Shown here: positions 52,218 to 64,000 of the stretch, piece after piece
Layout: every line of letters starts with the position of its first letter
How positions within the stretch are numbered: the stretch's first letter is position 1
NCBI GenBank assembly: GCA_050613775.1
Contig: JBODTK010000010.1
Span: 1,488,001 to 1,552,000, forward strand
Direction of reading: 5' to 3'
Length of the DNA stretch: 64,000 nucleotides
Source of the DNA: Neocallimastix sp. 'constans'
Taxonomy: Eukaryota
Notes under the pieces: model-generated
Told to the model about the DNA's origin: nothing
Databases searched by the model: none
What the model saw: only the letters and a program-made list of their open reading frames with translations
Made by a program: the position numbers and the translations under genes

Positions 52218-52984
52218 TATAAGAAATAAAAGTAAGGAAAGATAAATATTATAAAAAAAAAAAAAAAAAAAAAAAAGAAAAAAAGAAAAATTTTTTTTGT
52301 TAATTATAACTATAAAAAAAAATATTAAAATTTTAGTTTATTAATTGTGATATATAAAATATAAAATTCTTATAATTACTATATATTTGCATATAGTATT
52401 TTCACAACGGTATACTGAGTAGAGGTTGTGTAAAAATATAAAAATAATTAAATAAAAGAGAGTAGAATAGGGAAGTCTCTTGTAGAAGCGAGAGAGTAAA
52501 GGGTTTTAGAATAAGATTATAAATTACCAGTAAGTTGGATATTGAAAAAGCCGTAAATTCCATGTTTCAATTGGTAGGCACAATAGAAAACTTTATTTAT
52601 AATTGACGGTTCTAAGATCGAGGTTGAAAATCGTAGAGAGACGACCTGCGGGTTTCGAATATTTTATTTAATTATAATATATGCAAATGAAATAATAATA
52701 AAAAAAAAAAAAAAAAAAAAATTTTTATTTTTGATTCTTAGATATATAATTAGCAGTTGGGAATAACTGGATTATATTTATTTTATATTTCTTAATTTTA
52801 ATTATAGACTGTCGAAAGAATTTCGGGTCTACTATAGGAGGAATAGACTGTCAAAAGGATTTTTGAGTCTAAAAATTAATTTATATTATATTATAAAATC
52901 AATAATAATTACTCTATATAAAGAAAAAGAAAATTTTTTTTTATTAAGTTGGAATATTTATTAATACATTTTTTATTATCAAAG

Positions 52985-53899
52985 ATGACTAACCAGGAAA
53001 TAGATTTCAAATCTTTGAAAAAGGAACTCAAAGATATTGAAAAATTAACCAAGGATAACTTAGATATTAAGACTTGGGCCTCAGAAATACAATTATGGAT
53101 TGAGCTTGAAGAAGTTACTAATCCAAAGAAAATATTTATTGCATGCGTTTTAACATCTACGGGTGAACCGAGGAAGGTAATTCAAGAATTGAAGAATAAT
53201 TTGGATAACTATGATAGTGATGATGAAGATGAAGATAATGATGAAAGTGACAATGAAAGTAACGACGAAAATGATACTTCTTATCCTACATTCTCAGAGA
53301 TTATTGATGCATTAGAGACGTTTTATGGCATTAAGGAAGATCAGAATTTATTAGTAAGAGAAATACGTTCCCTAAGAATAAAACGTAATGAAAAAGTGAA
53401 AGATTTTAACACACGCTTTAGATCTTTATACTTGAAACTAGACAAGAAGCATAAGAAGCAAGTAAGTGTTCTAGATTACGTGGATTCTTTAAGAAACAAT
53501 GAAGAAGCATGGAAAAGAGTCTCCTTACAAGATGATATTTCTTTAAAACAAGCTTATGAAGCCGCTGAAAAGGTAGATAGATTAATGATTAACCAAACCC
53601 GACTTACAAATCAAGAGAATTACCATCGAAACAATTATAATAGTAATAATACCTTCAAACGAAATTCTCCCTCTATACCTTATAATAAGAAATTAGAGTC
53701 CGAAGAACTAAAGAGAACTAATGTAGATGTTGAAAGGGAAGATCTTACTAGTAAAATGAAACATTTAACTATTAAAACTTGTTTCTATTGTGAAGAAAAA
53801 GGTCATTACAGTAATCATTGTCCTAAACTTCAGTCCATTATTCAAGAAAACAAAAGAAAGTACTTCAATCAAAACCACAATATGCCTTTAAATCAATAG
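52985..53899 (+). CDS. gag: Gag, element 2
   Basis: ATG at 52985 (the ORF track starts at an upstream TTG); zinc knuckle CFYCEEKGHYSNHC. Confidence 0.92.
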   Translation: MTNQEIDFKSLKKELKDIEKLTKDNLDIKTWASEIQLWIELEEVTNPKKIFIACVLTSTGEPRKVIQELKNNLDNYDSDDEDEDNDESDNESNDENDTSYPTFSEIIDALETFYGIKEDQNLLVREIRSLRIKRNEKVKDFNTRFRSLYLKLDKKHKKQVSVLDYVDSLRNNEEAWKRVSLQDDISLKQAYEAAEKVDRLMINQTRLTNQENYHRNNYNSNNTFKRNSPSIPYNKKLESEELKRTNVDVEREDLTSKMKHLTIKTCFYCEEKGHYSNHCPKLQSIIQENKRKYFNQNHNMPLNQ

Positions 53900-53939
53900 T
53901 CGGGAGTAGAAGCACTCCCGGAACAAAAAAATTAGCTTC
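53887..53939 (+). promoter_or_regulatory. -1 frameshift signal (U UUA AAU + pseudoknot), element 2
   Basis: Stem 1 CGGGAGT/ACTCCCG, stem 2 GAAGC/GCTTC. The -1 frame is in phase with the ORF at 54118. Confidence 0.88.
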
Positions 53940-56900
53940 AATTCAATTTCACCCTAATAAAGAGATTTCCTTCCCAGATGTTCTGACAGTAAATAAAATT
54001 GGTAGTGAGGAAGAAACGAACTCAGAAAACAATAATAGAAGTTGTAATATTAATAGTCTTTATGAAATAAATTATGACCCAGATGAGGAAGAAAATCTAA
54101 ATGCAACCAATTTTACTGTGGCGGCTGCAAAAAGAAAAATAGAAAAAGTAGATGATACTATAGAAAACTATGAAAATCGTGAATACAAAAGTTTGAAAAA
54201 TAATCCTAGACCAATAGCAACCCCCGCACTTCGGAAGAAGAGAGAAAGAGAATTGGAAATAAATCCCCCAAAGCCAGCTGAAAAGCAACTACATACTTCC
54301 TTTATAGCCCAACCAAGAAATAATAAAGAAAAGGCTAAGGCTAAAGAAGCTCGTGATAAAGAGAGAGGAAGTATAAGCATTGAACCAAAAATCAAATCTA
54401 ATGTAAAATCTACAAATAAAGAAGAAACAACCCCAATAATAAATATAGGTGACGACCTAGAGGACTTAGAAAACCTCAAAGAAATAGAAACAATTGAAAA
54501 GTTAATGGAAGAAGGAAATACGGAAAAGAAAATCTCCACCCCTAAAGTTAAACGGAAAATTCAAATGTTAGAGGATCAAGAAGAATATGATGTCTTAAAA
54601 GATTTAAATAATATAAGATGTAACATCACATTCGGACAATTAATAAATTCTTCACCCCAAATTAGATCTCAAGTTTCTCAGGGGCTAAAGTTAGTTAAGA
54701 AAGATAAAATAGCGGGAGCAGTAGAAAATATTACTGCTATGACAGTCATGGTCAATAACGTAGACCACTCTTACAAAAGTAATAGAAAGGAAATCCAAGA
54801 GGATGATATTGCCATGGTTGACTGCACAGTTGAAGGTATTAAAGGTAAACTCTTAATCGACTCTTGTAGTAATCTAAATATAATAACTCGAAAATATTTA
54901 GACAAAATTCCAAGAAACTTTGAACCAATTGGTATAAGCTGTGGTCGCATCCGTCTTGCTACTAACAATGATGAGTACTCAGAGAGTGTCATAATTAGAG
55001 TACCTATTCGAATTAACAATTTTACTATGACTGTAAATTGTCGAATTGTAGAAAAAGAAGATCCATTCTATGATGTTTTAATAAATCTTAAAACACAAGC
55101 TGTTCATAGATTATTCATACATCCTGTATTAAACAGTCTTTGTAGATTCTCAACTGAAGGATTCATTGAAAAGATTGCACAGTTAAATAATGATTTTGAA
55201 GACGAACCAAAACTTTTATGTTCAGTAACAAAAATTGACGATAAAGAAGAAGTCAATATTAAAGCAAAGTTAAAAACCATTGAAGGATTACCTCCCTTAG
55301 ATTATATACATAATGATATTTTTAAAAATACTCTGAATAAAGACTTTCAAGACAAAATTCTTAAATTATTGGAGGATAACATAGAAATTGTTGCGACTTC
55401 CTCAGAAGAATTAACACCATCAGATTTGACTCCCCATAAAATTGAATTAAAAGAAGGAACTAAACCGATTAAGCAGAAGAGTTATAAGCTAACAAAATTT
55501 AAATCTGATATTCTGAAAGAATTACTGATTGACCTAATTGAGAGGAGATTAATTGAACCCTCTCATTCAACTTGGAGTTCTCCAGTAGTATTGGTTCCAA
55601 AACCAAATGGAAAATGGAGATTATGCGTAGATTACAGAAAAGTTAACGAAGCCACTGAAAAAGACTCTTATGCATTACCTTATATCGATGAAATATTTGA
55701 TAGTCTACAAGGCGCAAAAATTTTACTACCATGGATCTTTACTCTGGTTACCATCAGATATTAATGAATGATGAAAGTGTAGAGATCACTACCTTTACTA
55801 CTAAATTCGGAAATTATCAATTCAAAGTCATGCCTTTTGGTCTCACGAACGCTCCAGCTACCTTTCAACGTGAGATGAATCAAATTCTTTTTCCTTTAAT
55901 AGGTGTATGTGTATACAATTTTATCGATGACATACTGATATATTCTAAAAGTGTTGAAGAACATCTTATCCATATCCAACAAGTCCTTGAAATCTTTCGT
56001 AAACACAAATTGAAAATCAATATAGAAAAATGCCAATTCTTTAGGACAGAAGTAGAAGTACTTGGTCATAAACTATCTACAAAAGGATTAAGTCCAATGG
56101 AAAGTAAAATAGAAGCTATTAAAAAGTGGAATCCTCCCACTAATATTCACGAACTAAGGTCATTCTTAGGGACAGTCGGTTACTACCAAAAATTCATTTT
56201 TAATTATTCTAAAATAACGGCTCCCTTATGTAAACTTTTACGTAAGAACACAAAGTATGTCTGGAATGACGAACAACAAATATGTTTTGAAAAGCTGAAA
56301 GAATGTTTAATAAATGCACCTATCCTTAAATTTCCCGATTTTAGTAAACCCTTTATTATCAGAACAGATGCCTCCTATGATGTACTCGGAGGAGTATTAC
56401 TTCAAAAGGATGAAATCACTGGTAAAGAACATCCTGCTCATTATATAAGTCGTACCTTATCGAAGTCAGAGAAAAATTATGGAATAACAGACTTGGAAGG
56501 TTTAGCTTTATACTTCGCTTTAGAAAAGTTAAAATCATACATTATGGGAAATCCGCACACTACCATAATTTATACTGATCATAGACCTTTACTTGGACTT
56601 TTTAAGAACAAGGAACCGAAAAATGCTCGACAAACGAGATGGTGTTTAACAGCAAGTTCCTTAGGTGTTGATATTCGTTACGAACCTGGAAAAAAGAATG
56701 TCTTAGCCGATGCATTGTCTCGAATGAAGAGTGAAAAGGATAAGAAATTGCTAGCCATGAAAGTTACACAAGAAAAAGATGAAACATTATTATCTAAAGT
56801 AATTAAAGACTTTATATCGGAAAAATTTACCACTATTGACGGTGAAGACTATTTTGTAGATGGAAATAATTATAGGAAATTGGTCACTGATACAGCCGAA

Positions 56901-57944
56901 AAAGTTAAACTGATCTTGGCAGCTCATGACATTGGTCATGAAGGCTATTACAAAACTTACCAAAGGCTAAAGAAAAGCTATTACTGGAACAATATGATAA
57001 TCGATGTCAAAAGAATAATTGGTAAGTGTGAAAAATTCCATCTCAATAGACCGCAACCCTACCCTGATCCTACAGAAGATACTCCAACTAAAGTAGAAGG
57101 ACCTTTTGTACATTTAGGATTAGACATTATAGGTCCGCTTGTGAAAACTAAGAATAATAAACAGTATATCTTAGTAGTTGTTGACTACTTTACGAAGTGG
57201 GTTGAAGCGGAAGCTACTGAAACTATTACTTCCCAAGATGTGATTAAATTTCTCATAAATGTGTTCGCCCGACATGGTGTTCCGCAAATCATCACTACTG
57301 ATAATGGGGTGCAATTTACCTCTGACATGACTAAAGTTTTTCTAGATTTATATGATGTCTACATAAAATTCGTTTCTACCTATCATCCGGAATCAAACGG
57401 TTTAACCGAAAATAGGAATAAAGAGATAAGTAAATTACTTCGATTGCTAGGAGAAAAGAATAAAGACTGGGATGAGATATTACCTTCTGCGTTATGGACC
57501 CTCAGAACAACTAAAAATTCAGTTACCAACCACTCTAGCTTTGAACTAGTATACGGAAGAGAAGATCAGCAACCATTAGACATTGCTGCTAGACCAACAA
57601 AAGACCTATATAAATCTTCGGATGAAGTATTGCTAGAAAAATTTGTTTCACATTACAGATGGGTTTTAGAAGCTGCCGAGAATAGTAAAAACGCAAGTAA
57701 ATACTGGGCAACTAGGAAAGAAGAAAAGAATAGCCTAAATCAAGGAAAAAGAATAGCTGTTGGCGATTTAGTACTAGTTCGAAATTTTAACCGCACAAAG
57801 CTTGAACCATATTTCGTAGGTCCTTTAAAAGTCATTAAGAAACAATATAATACCTTAACTTTAGCTGATCCAAATACAAGAATCCAATTAAATAGAAATG
57901 TCCATTTGAAGAATATAGTAAAGTATAATTCAGCCTCCATTTAG
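53887..57944 (+). pseudogene. pol: Pol, element 2, one frameshift at ~55720
   Basis: LLIDSCS, LCVDYRKVN, FIDDIL, TDASYD, TDNG, VGPL. One base is missing in AAAAATTTT. The last Cys of the integrase HHCC reads Phe. Confidence 0.92.
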
Positions 57945-58314
57945 CCTGAATTTATGCGAGGGCATCTTGAAAAAGAACAAAACAATAATTATTAAATTGT
58001 AATAATTTTCATAATATATTACAAATATTCCAATTATAATTATTATTGATTTCTTATTAAACTAAACTTTCCTATATTCTTCTTTCATGGAAATTCTAAA
58101 ATATTGATAGTAAATATTATTATTTTTCTAAAAGTTTCTAAAAGATTTCTATATTAAGAATCCCTTAAATAAATTCTATAAATTTTTAGAAAATTCTAAA
58201 TAATTAAAATAAAAATATTGGTTGATTATTAATATATATATATATAAAAAAAAAAAAAATTTTTTTTAGAATAAATTAGTAATAAATATATTATATATTG
58301 TAATTATTATTACC

Positions 58315-58355
<41 letters not shown>

Positions 58356-58691
58356 TTTTTACTAATAAAATTTAAAATTATTAGTAATGACTTTCTAACG
58401 TTTTCGAAAAGATTTTATCATATTTATTCAATTATACTCTTAATAAATATAAAATATATTGAATAATTATTAAAATCAATTTCAAAAATCCTAATTTTAA
58501 TTCAAACTCTTTTTTTTATTAAGGCTTTACAATTAAAAATAAAATTGAAAAAGTATAAATAGACCTATGTCTACTCAATAAAAAAAAAAGCAGAATCTTT
58601 CCTTAGATTATAATAAGATTACTAACAAAATTAAAATAATAAAAATAAAATTAATAATAAGAATATTTTTAGTTAGTTTTAAATAGTTTAG

Positions 58692-58730
<39 letters not shown>

Positions 58731-58932
58731 GTTTTAAATAGTTTAGTTTTAGTTATAATAGTTTAGTTAATATTATTAAGTAATTTATTTAGTTTAGTGC
58801 ATAATTTAATAAATAGTTTTATTTAGTTATATAAAAATAAAAAAAAAAAATTATATTGTTTAATAAATAATTGTAATAATTAATTTTCTTATTAGTTAAA
58901 AAAAAATATAAACAAATAAACACATAAACAAT

Positions 58933-58965
<33 letters not shown>

Positions 58966-59075
58966 TTATCAAAATAAAGTGTATTTATTGTAATCCTTTT
59001 ATTTCTTATATAACCGAACATTTTTGGTAAAGAATGAATTAATAACCTTTATTTTATTATTAATAATTCTTTACT

Positions 59076-59732
59076 TGTTAAGATAATAACTGAATTTCAA
59101 TTCAATTTCAATTTCGATAATTCAGTTATTTGAATTTCAATATTAATAAATAATAATAATATAATAATTATTATTAAATTAACTTTATTAAAATATTTAG
59201 GAATTAGTCTAGGCCAACTAATTACTAAATATTATTAACATATTGAATTTAATATATATTAAATAATGTAAACACGTGATTGTCATATTAAATTAATTTC
59301 TACATATTATATTTTAATTATAAATTATAATATTTAGCAATATTTAATTCTTATATTTTATTTGTATTAAATATTTATATTATTATCTTATTTTATATTA
59401 TCAATATCAAACTTATATTAATACTATTACATATTCATATTAATAATTAATATTTTAATAATTAATTATTTTATATAAATACATGTTTAAATCTTTTGAT
59501 TAATCCTTTGTAGGATTATTGTAATTTAAATTATAGTAATAATTATATAAAATAATAATGTAATAAAATATTATTAAGATTAAATAAAATTTATATTTTA
59601 AATAAAAACTTAATTATAAAATTTACTAATAACAATATGTTTTAAATAAGAGTAAAATTAAGTTATTAATTAATTACTATAATTGGCATCTTGACCTAAT
59701 CGTTAAGACCAAATTATCTAAAAACTCTAACA
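59076..59732. mobile_element. Solo LTR, family B, copy 1
   Basis: TGTTA...TAACA ends and TSD TTACT (59071-59075, 59733-59737). Confidence 0.88.
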
Positions 59733-60752
59733 TTACTAAATTGTACTTTCCTATATTCTTGATAACCTAAACTTAATAATAAAATTTAATTTATTTTGAT
59801 ATAAATTAATTTTAACTTGTAAATAATGTAAATAAATTTTAATTAATTACTTTATTGTTATATTATTAAATATATGTATATATTAAAATACAATTGTAAA
59901 TATTAAAATTATACTTTTAAGATACTAAATTATTAAAACTATAAATTAAATATTATTATAAAAATTATTATAAAATTTTTAAAATTATTAATTAAATATT
60001 ATTATAAAAATTATTATAAAATTTTTAAAATTATTAATTAAATATTATTATAAAAATTATTATAAACTATTAATATTATAAAATTATTAAAATTATTAAA
60101 TATTATTATAAAAATTTATTTATTATAACTATTAAATATTATTTTAAAATTATTAAGATTATTAATTAAATTTATTATTAAAAATTATTATTAAAAATTT
60201 TTACTTATTATAAAAATTATTATTTAAATATTATCAAATTTATTAATTAAATATTATAAAAATTTTATTTTATTTTGAAAATAATTACAAGTATTATTTA
60301 AAATAATTAAAGATTATTAAATTTATTATATTAATCTTTAAAAACAATTTATTTAACTTAAAAATATCAAAGAAAATAGTAAAAACTATTTTCTATATAT
60401 TTATTTTATAATTATTTTTAATTAAATTATATTTGAATATTATATTATTATATTTATAAAAATTAAAACAAAAATGAATTATTGATATAAAATTAATTCA
60501 ATAATTCTATAAAATTACTTAAATTATAAACAACTAATTATACTTTAAATTCATAAAAAAATATAAATATTGTAAATATTTCTTAAAAATTAAATGTATG
60601 TTCTTTAAAAAAATAAATTTTAATATTAATAAATAATAAATAAATTTTAATAAAAAGAAATTTTTTTTTATTTAAAATCAAAACAGGGTAATACCCGTCC
60701 CCCCCTGCTTGATTTTAAATCAATAAGAATCACCCCGAGTCTACCATTTTTG

Positions 60753-61662
60753 TGTAATAATTCTATTAAGAACTAACTCAAAATAGAATTATTAACTACA
60801 ACTTAACGACTAATTCATTAAGTTGAGAAAATAAAATAAAATAAATTTTTTTACCTTTAGAGTAGAGTTTATTATAAAATTAATTATAATAATAACACAA
60901 AAAGTAAGAAAAGAATTGTTTGTATAAATTGAATTTAAAAATATGTTTTTGAATAAAATATTTTTATTAATTTATTAAAGTTAAAAATATAAAATTGTTA
61001 CTATTATAACTATGTTTTTTATAATAATAACTCTTGATTTCTCAAAGAGAACTCAAGAGCCTTATTTATATTTTTTTATGAAAATAAGGTTAAATAAGAA
61101 AGGGTTTTCTAATCTTAACAAATCTCTTATCTAGGAAAAGATTAGATAGAAAAACCTAGATAAGTTTTCGATCGATATTCTATCCATATCGATCATCGCA
61201 TTAATTAAGTAAAACCGATTACTTCTAAAAAATAATTGGAAAAAATCTTAATTAACCGATTTTCCAATCTAATGATCGAAAATAAAAGAATAAAATAATA
61301 AAAGATATTTCGATCATATAATTTATCCTTATATTAAAAATATAAAATTAAATAGTTAATAAAATACAGAATACATTATAAAATACAGAATACATTATAA
61401 AATACAGAATACATTATAAAATACAGAATACATAATAAAATACAGAATACAATACAAAATACATTAGTTACAGTAGAGAATTTAGCATATTGTAAATATA
61501 TTATTTAAAATTAATTAAATAAATTTTGTTAAATTAATGAATATTTAAAATTAAATTAAATAAATTTAATAAATATTATATGTAATTAAATAAAGTTATA
61601 GTCATAATAACTTAACTAAGAAAATATAATTATTTGCTAACAAATAATTATAGATTCTTACA
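60753..61662. mobile_element. Solo LTR, family A, copy 2 (inverted relative to 50253-51124)
   Basis: Reverse complement of copy 1 with extra 19-bp internal repeat units. TSD TTTTG (60748-60752, 61663-61667). Confidence 0.9.
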
Positions 61663-62694
61663 TTTTGATAAATAACAAAATTATTAAATTAAAATAAATA
61701 ATAAAAAACAAATTCTGTCTAACTTAACCCAAAAATTAATCCATTCTAAAAAAAAATTAAATCCATATTTAAGAAAAATTAATTAAATAAAAATAATTAA
61801 AATAAAATAATAATAAATTAATTAATCATTAATAATTTTAATTAAAAACTAAAATAAATTAATAAATAATATTTTTCTAAAACTACAAATAAACAAAATA
61901 ATAAACAAATTTAATAAATTATAAATAACAAATAAACAAACTTATAAACATCTCAAAATTAAAATTAACTAGTTAAATAATTTTTAAGTTACTTTTATTT
62001 AAAATAATGATTATTTTATTTATTTTATAACTCAACTTTTATAAACAAATTGTAATTAAAATAACATTTTAAAACTCATCTTTATTAATATTTTAATTGT
62101 AAATATTGTTTAATTTAATAATAAATTATTCTTTATTTCTCTTTTATTAATTTTATTATTTTTAATGTAAATAGTTTAAAATCAAAGAAAAATATAAAAA
62201 CATGTAAACATTTCTTATAAATTATTCTTTATTATTAATTATTTAATAAATTATTATAGATATTTTATTAGTTTTTAATAATCAATTTTTTATGATTATT
62301 AATTAGTTAATAAATTATTATAAATATTTTATTAGTTATTAATAATCAATTTTATTATTAAAATTTAAAATAAATTAGTATAAATAATAAATATTTCATT
62401 TTATTATTTTATTAGTTTTAACAATTATTTTATTAATTTAAACAAAATTAATTATTAAATAAATAAAGATTAATATTAAAATAAAAATAAATTTTTTTTA
62501 ATAAAACATTTTTGTGTTTAATAATAAAACATATTTATTTTTTTTTAAATTTCTTAAATCAATTTTATTCAGTATTTATCCTTTTATTCACTTCTACAAA
62601 ATTTAATTTTTGTAGATTAAGAATATTAGGTATAAATCATTTTTTGTTACGATACAAATAATAAATGAAAAATAAATAAAAAATTAAATAAACT

Positions 62695-63341
62695 TGTTAA
62701 GATAATAACTGAATTTCAATTCAATTTCAAATTCAATAATTCAGTTATTTGAATTTCAATATTAAAAAATAATAATATAATAATTATTATTAAATTAACT
62801 TTATTAAAATATTTAGGAATTAGTCTAATTACTAAATATTATTAACATATTGAAATTAATATAATATTAAATAATGTAAACACGTGATCGTCATTAAATT
62901 AATTTCTACATATTATATTTTAATTATAAAATATAATATTTAGCAAATATTATATTCTTATATTTTATTTATATTAAATATTTATATTATTATCTTACTT
63001 TATATTATCAATATCAAACTTATATTAATATTATTTACATATTCATATTAATAATTAATATTTTAATAATTAATTATTTTATATAAATACATGTTTAAAT
63101 CTTTTGATTAATCCTTTGTAGGATTATTGTAATTTAAATTATAGTAATAATTATATAAAATAATAATGTAATAAAATATTATTAAGATTAAATAAAAATT
63201 TTATTTTAAATAAAAACTTAATTAAAAAATTTACTAATAACAATATGTTTAAAATAAGAGTAAATTTAAATTACTAATTAATTACTATAATTTGGCATCT
63301 TGACCTAATCGTTAAGACCAAATTATCTAAAAACTTTAACA
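62695..63341. mobile_element. Solo LTR, family B, copy 2
   Basis: Direct repeat of 59076-59732 with TGTTA...TAACA ends and its own TSD AAACT (62690-62694, 63342-63346). Confidence 0.88.
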
Positions 63342-64000
63342 AAACTATTAAGATTAATTAATAAATAAATAAGAATAAAATACTAAAGTATTAAAATATA
63401 TAATAAAGAAATTAAATAATGTATAAATAATTAAATTATTTAAAATAATGTATTAAATGTATTTATTTAATATTGTAATAGTAAACAATTAGATATTTTA
63501 TTATAAATAATTAAAATTATATTTATTATTATTTTATATTTTTATTATAAAATTTTTATTATACTTTATTATATTTTTATTATTATCTTATATTAAATAT
63601 TATATTGAAATTATATTTTATTATATTTTATTATTATAAAATTATTATATTTTTGTTATTATATTTTTATTATATTTTATATTTTTATTTTTATTTTTAC
63701 TCCAATCAAATAAATGTTTTAAAGAAATAAAAAGAACAAAGTAAAACAATACTTTAGTTCTTCCTCTTCTTTCAACTTTATTTTTATATTTTTCTTTTAA
63801 TTTTTCGAGAATGAAATAGTAAATATTTAGTATTAGTATAAATAAATAATTAAATAAAATTAAATTGTTCTCTAGTTAAATCGATTAGTTTTGTTTTTGT
63901 GTTTTATTATAGTTAAGGATAAAGATAATTTTGGTTAGTTTAAATATTTAAATTTGTTAGGTAATTTAATTTTAATTAAGAGATAAATTTTATTAAAATA

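Larger units (their letters stand above)
50228..59020 (+). mobile_element. Ty3/gypsy LTR retrotransposon 2 (LTRs 50228-52192, interrupted, and 57967-59020)
   Basis: Both LTRs start TTGAAAAAGAAC and end AACCGAACA. PBS at 52200. gag-pol is homologous to element 1 but the LTRs are unrelated. Confidence 0.96.

Noticed and set aside
46530..55735. Extra pol frameshifts (~46540, ~48220, ~55720) as programmed recoding
   Set aside because: They are not shared between the two elements and lie in or near short homopolymers; mutation or sequencing error is more likely.
59076..63341. Family B repeats as the two LTRs of one non-autonomous element
   Set aside because: Each copy has its own different 5-bp TSD (TTACT, AAACT).

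Overview
Extremely AT-rich eukaryotic DNA, most likely from an anaerobic gut fungus (Neocallimastigomycota). This is inferred from base composition, long homopolymers and a fungal dockerin (CBM10-like) motif. Left third: a tandem trio of intronless coiled-coil+TLDc genes, Mutator-type MITE/TIR remnants, decayed LINE and MULE transposase relics, a broken PI-PLC-X/dockerin gene and a GC-rich structured island. Middle: satellites, three paralogous acidic type-I membrane protein genes sharing SDDYG motifs (two as an inverted pair), and an intact single-ORF LINE with a 15-bp TSD, a poly(A) tail and a box C/D kink-turn at its exact 5' end. Right third: a tRNA-Ser(GCU) gene with two different Ty3/gypsy elements stacked head-to-tail from 13 nt upstream of it. 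Both have a tRNA-Ala-type PBS and a conserved -1 frameshift slippery site plus pseudoknot. Four solo LTRs of two other families, each with its own 5-bp TSD, lie in or beyond this stack. All calls were made by eye; no database searches were run.
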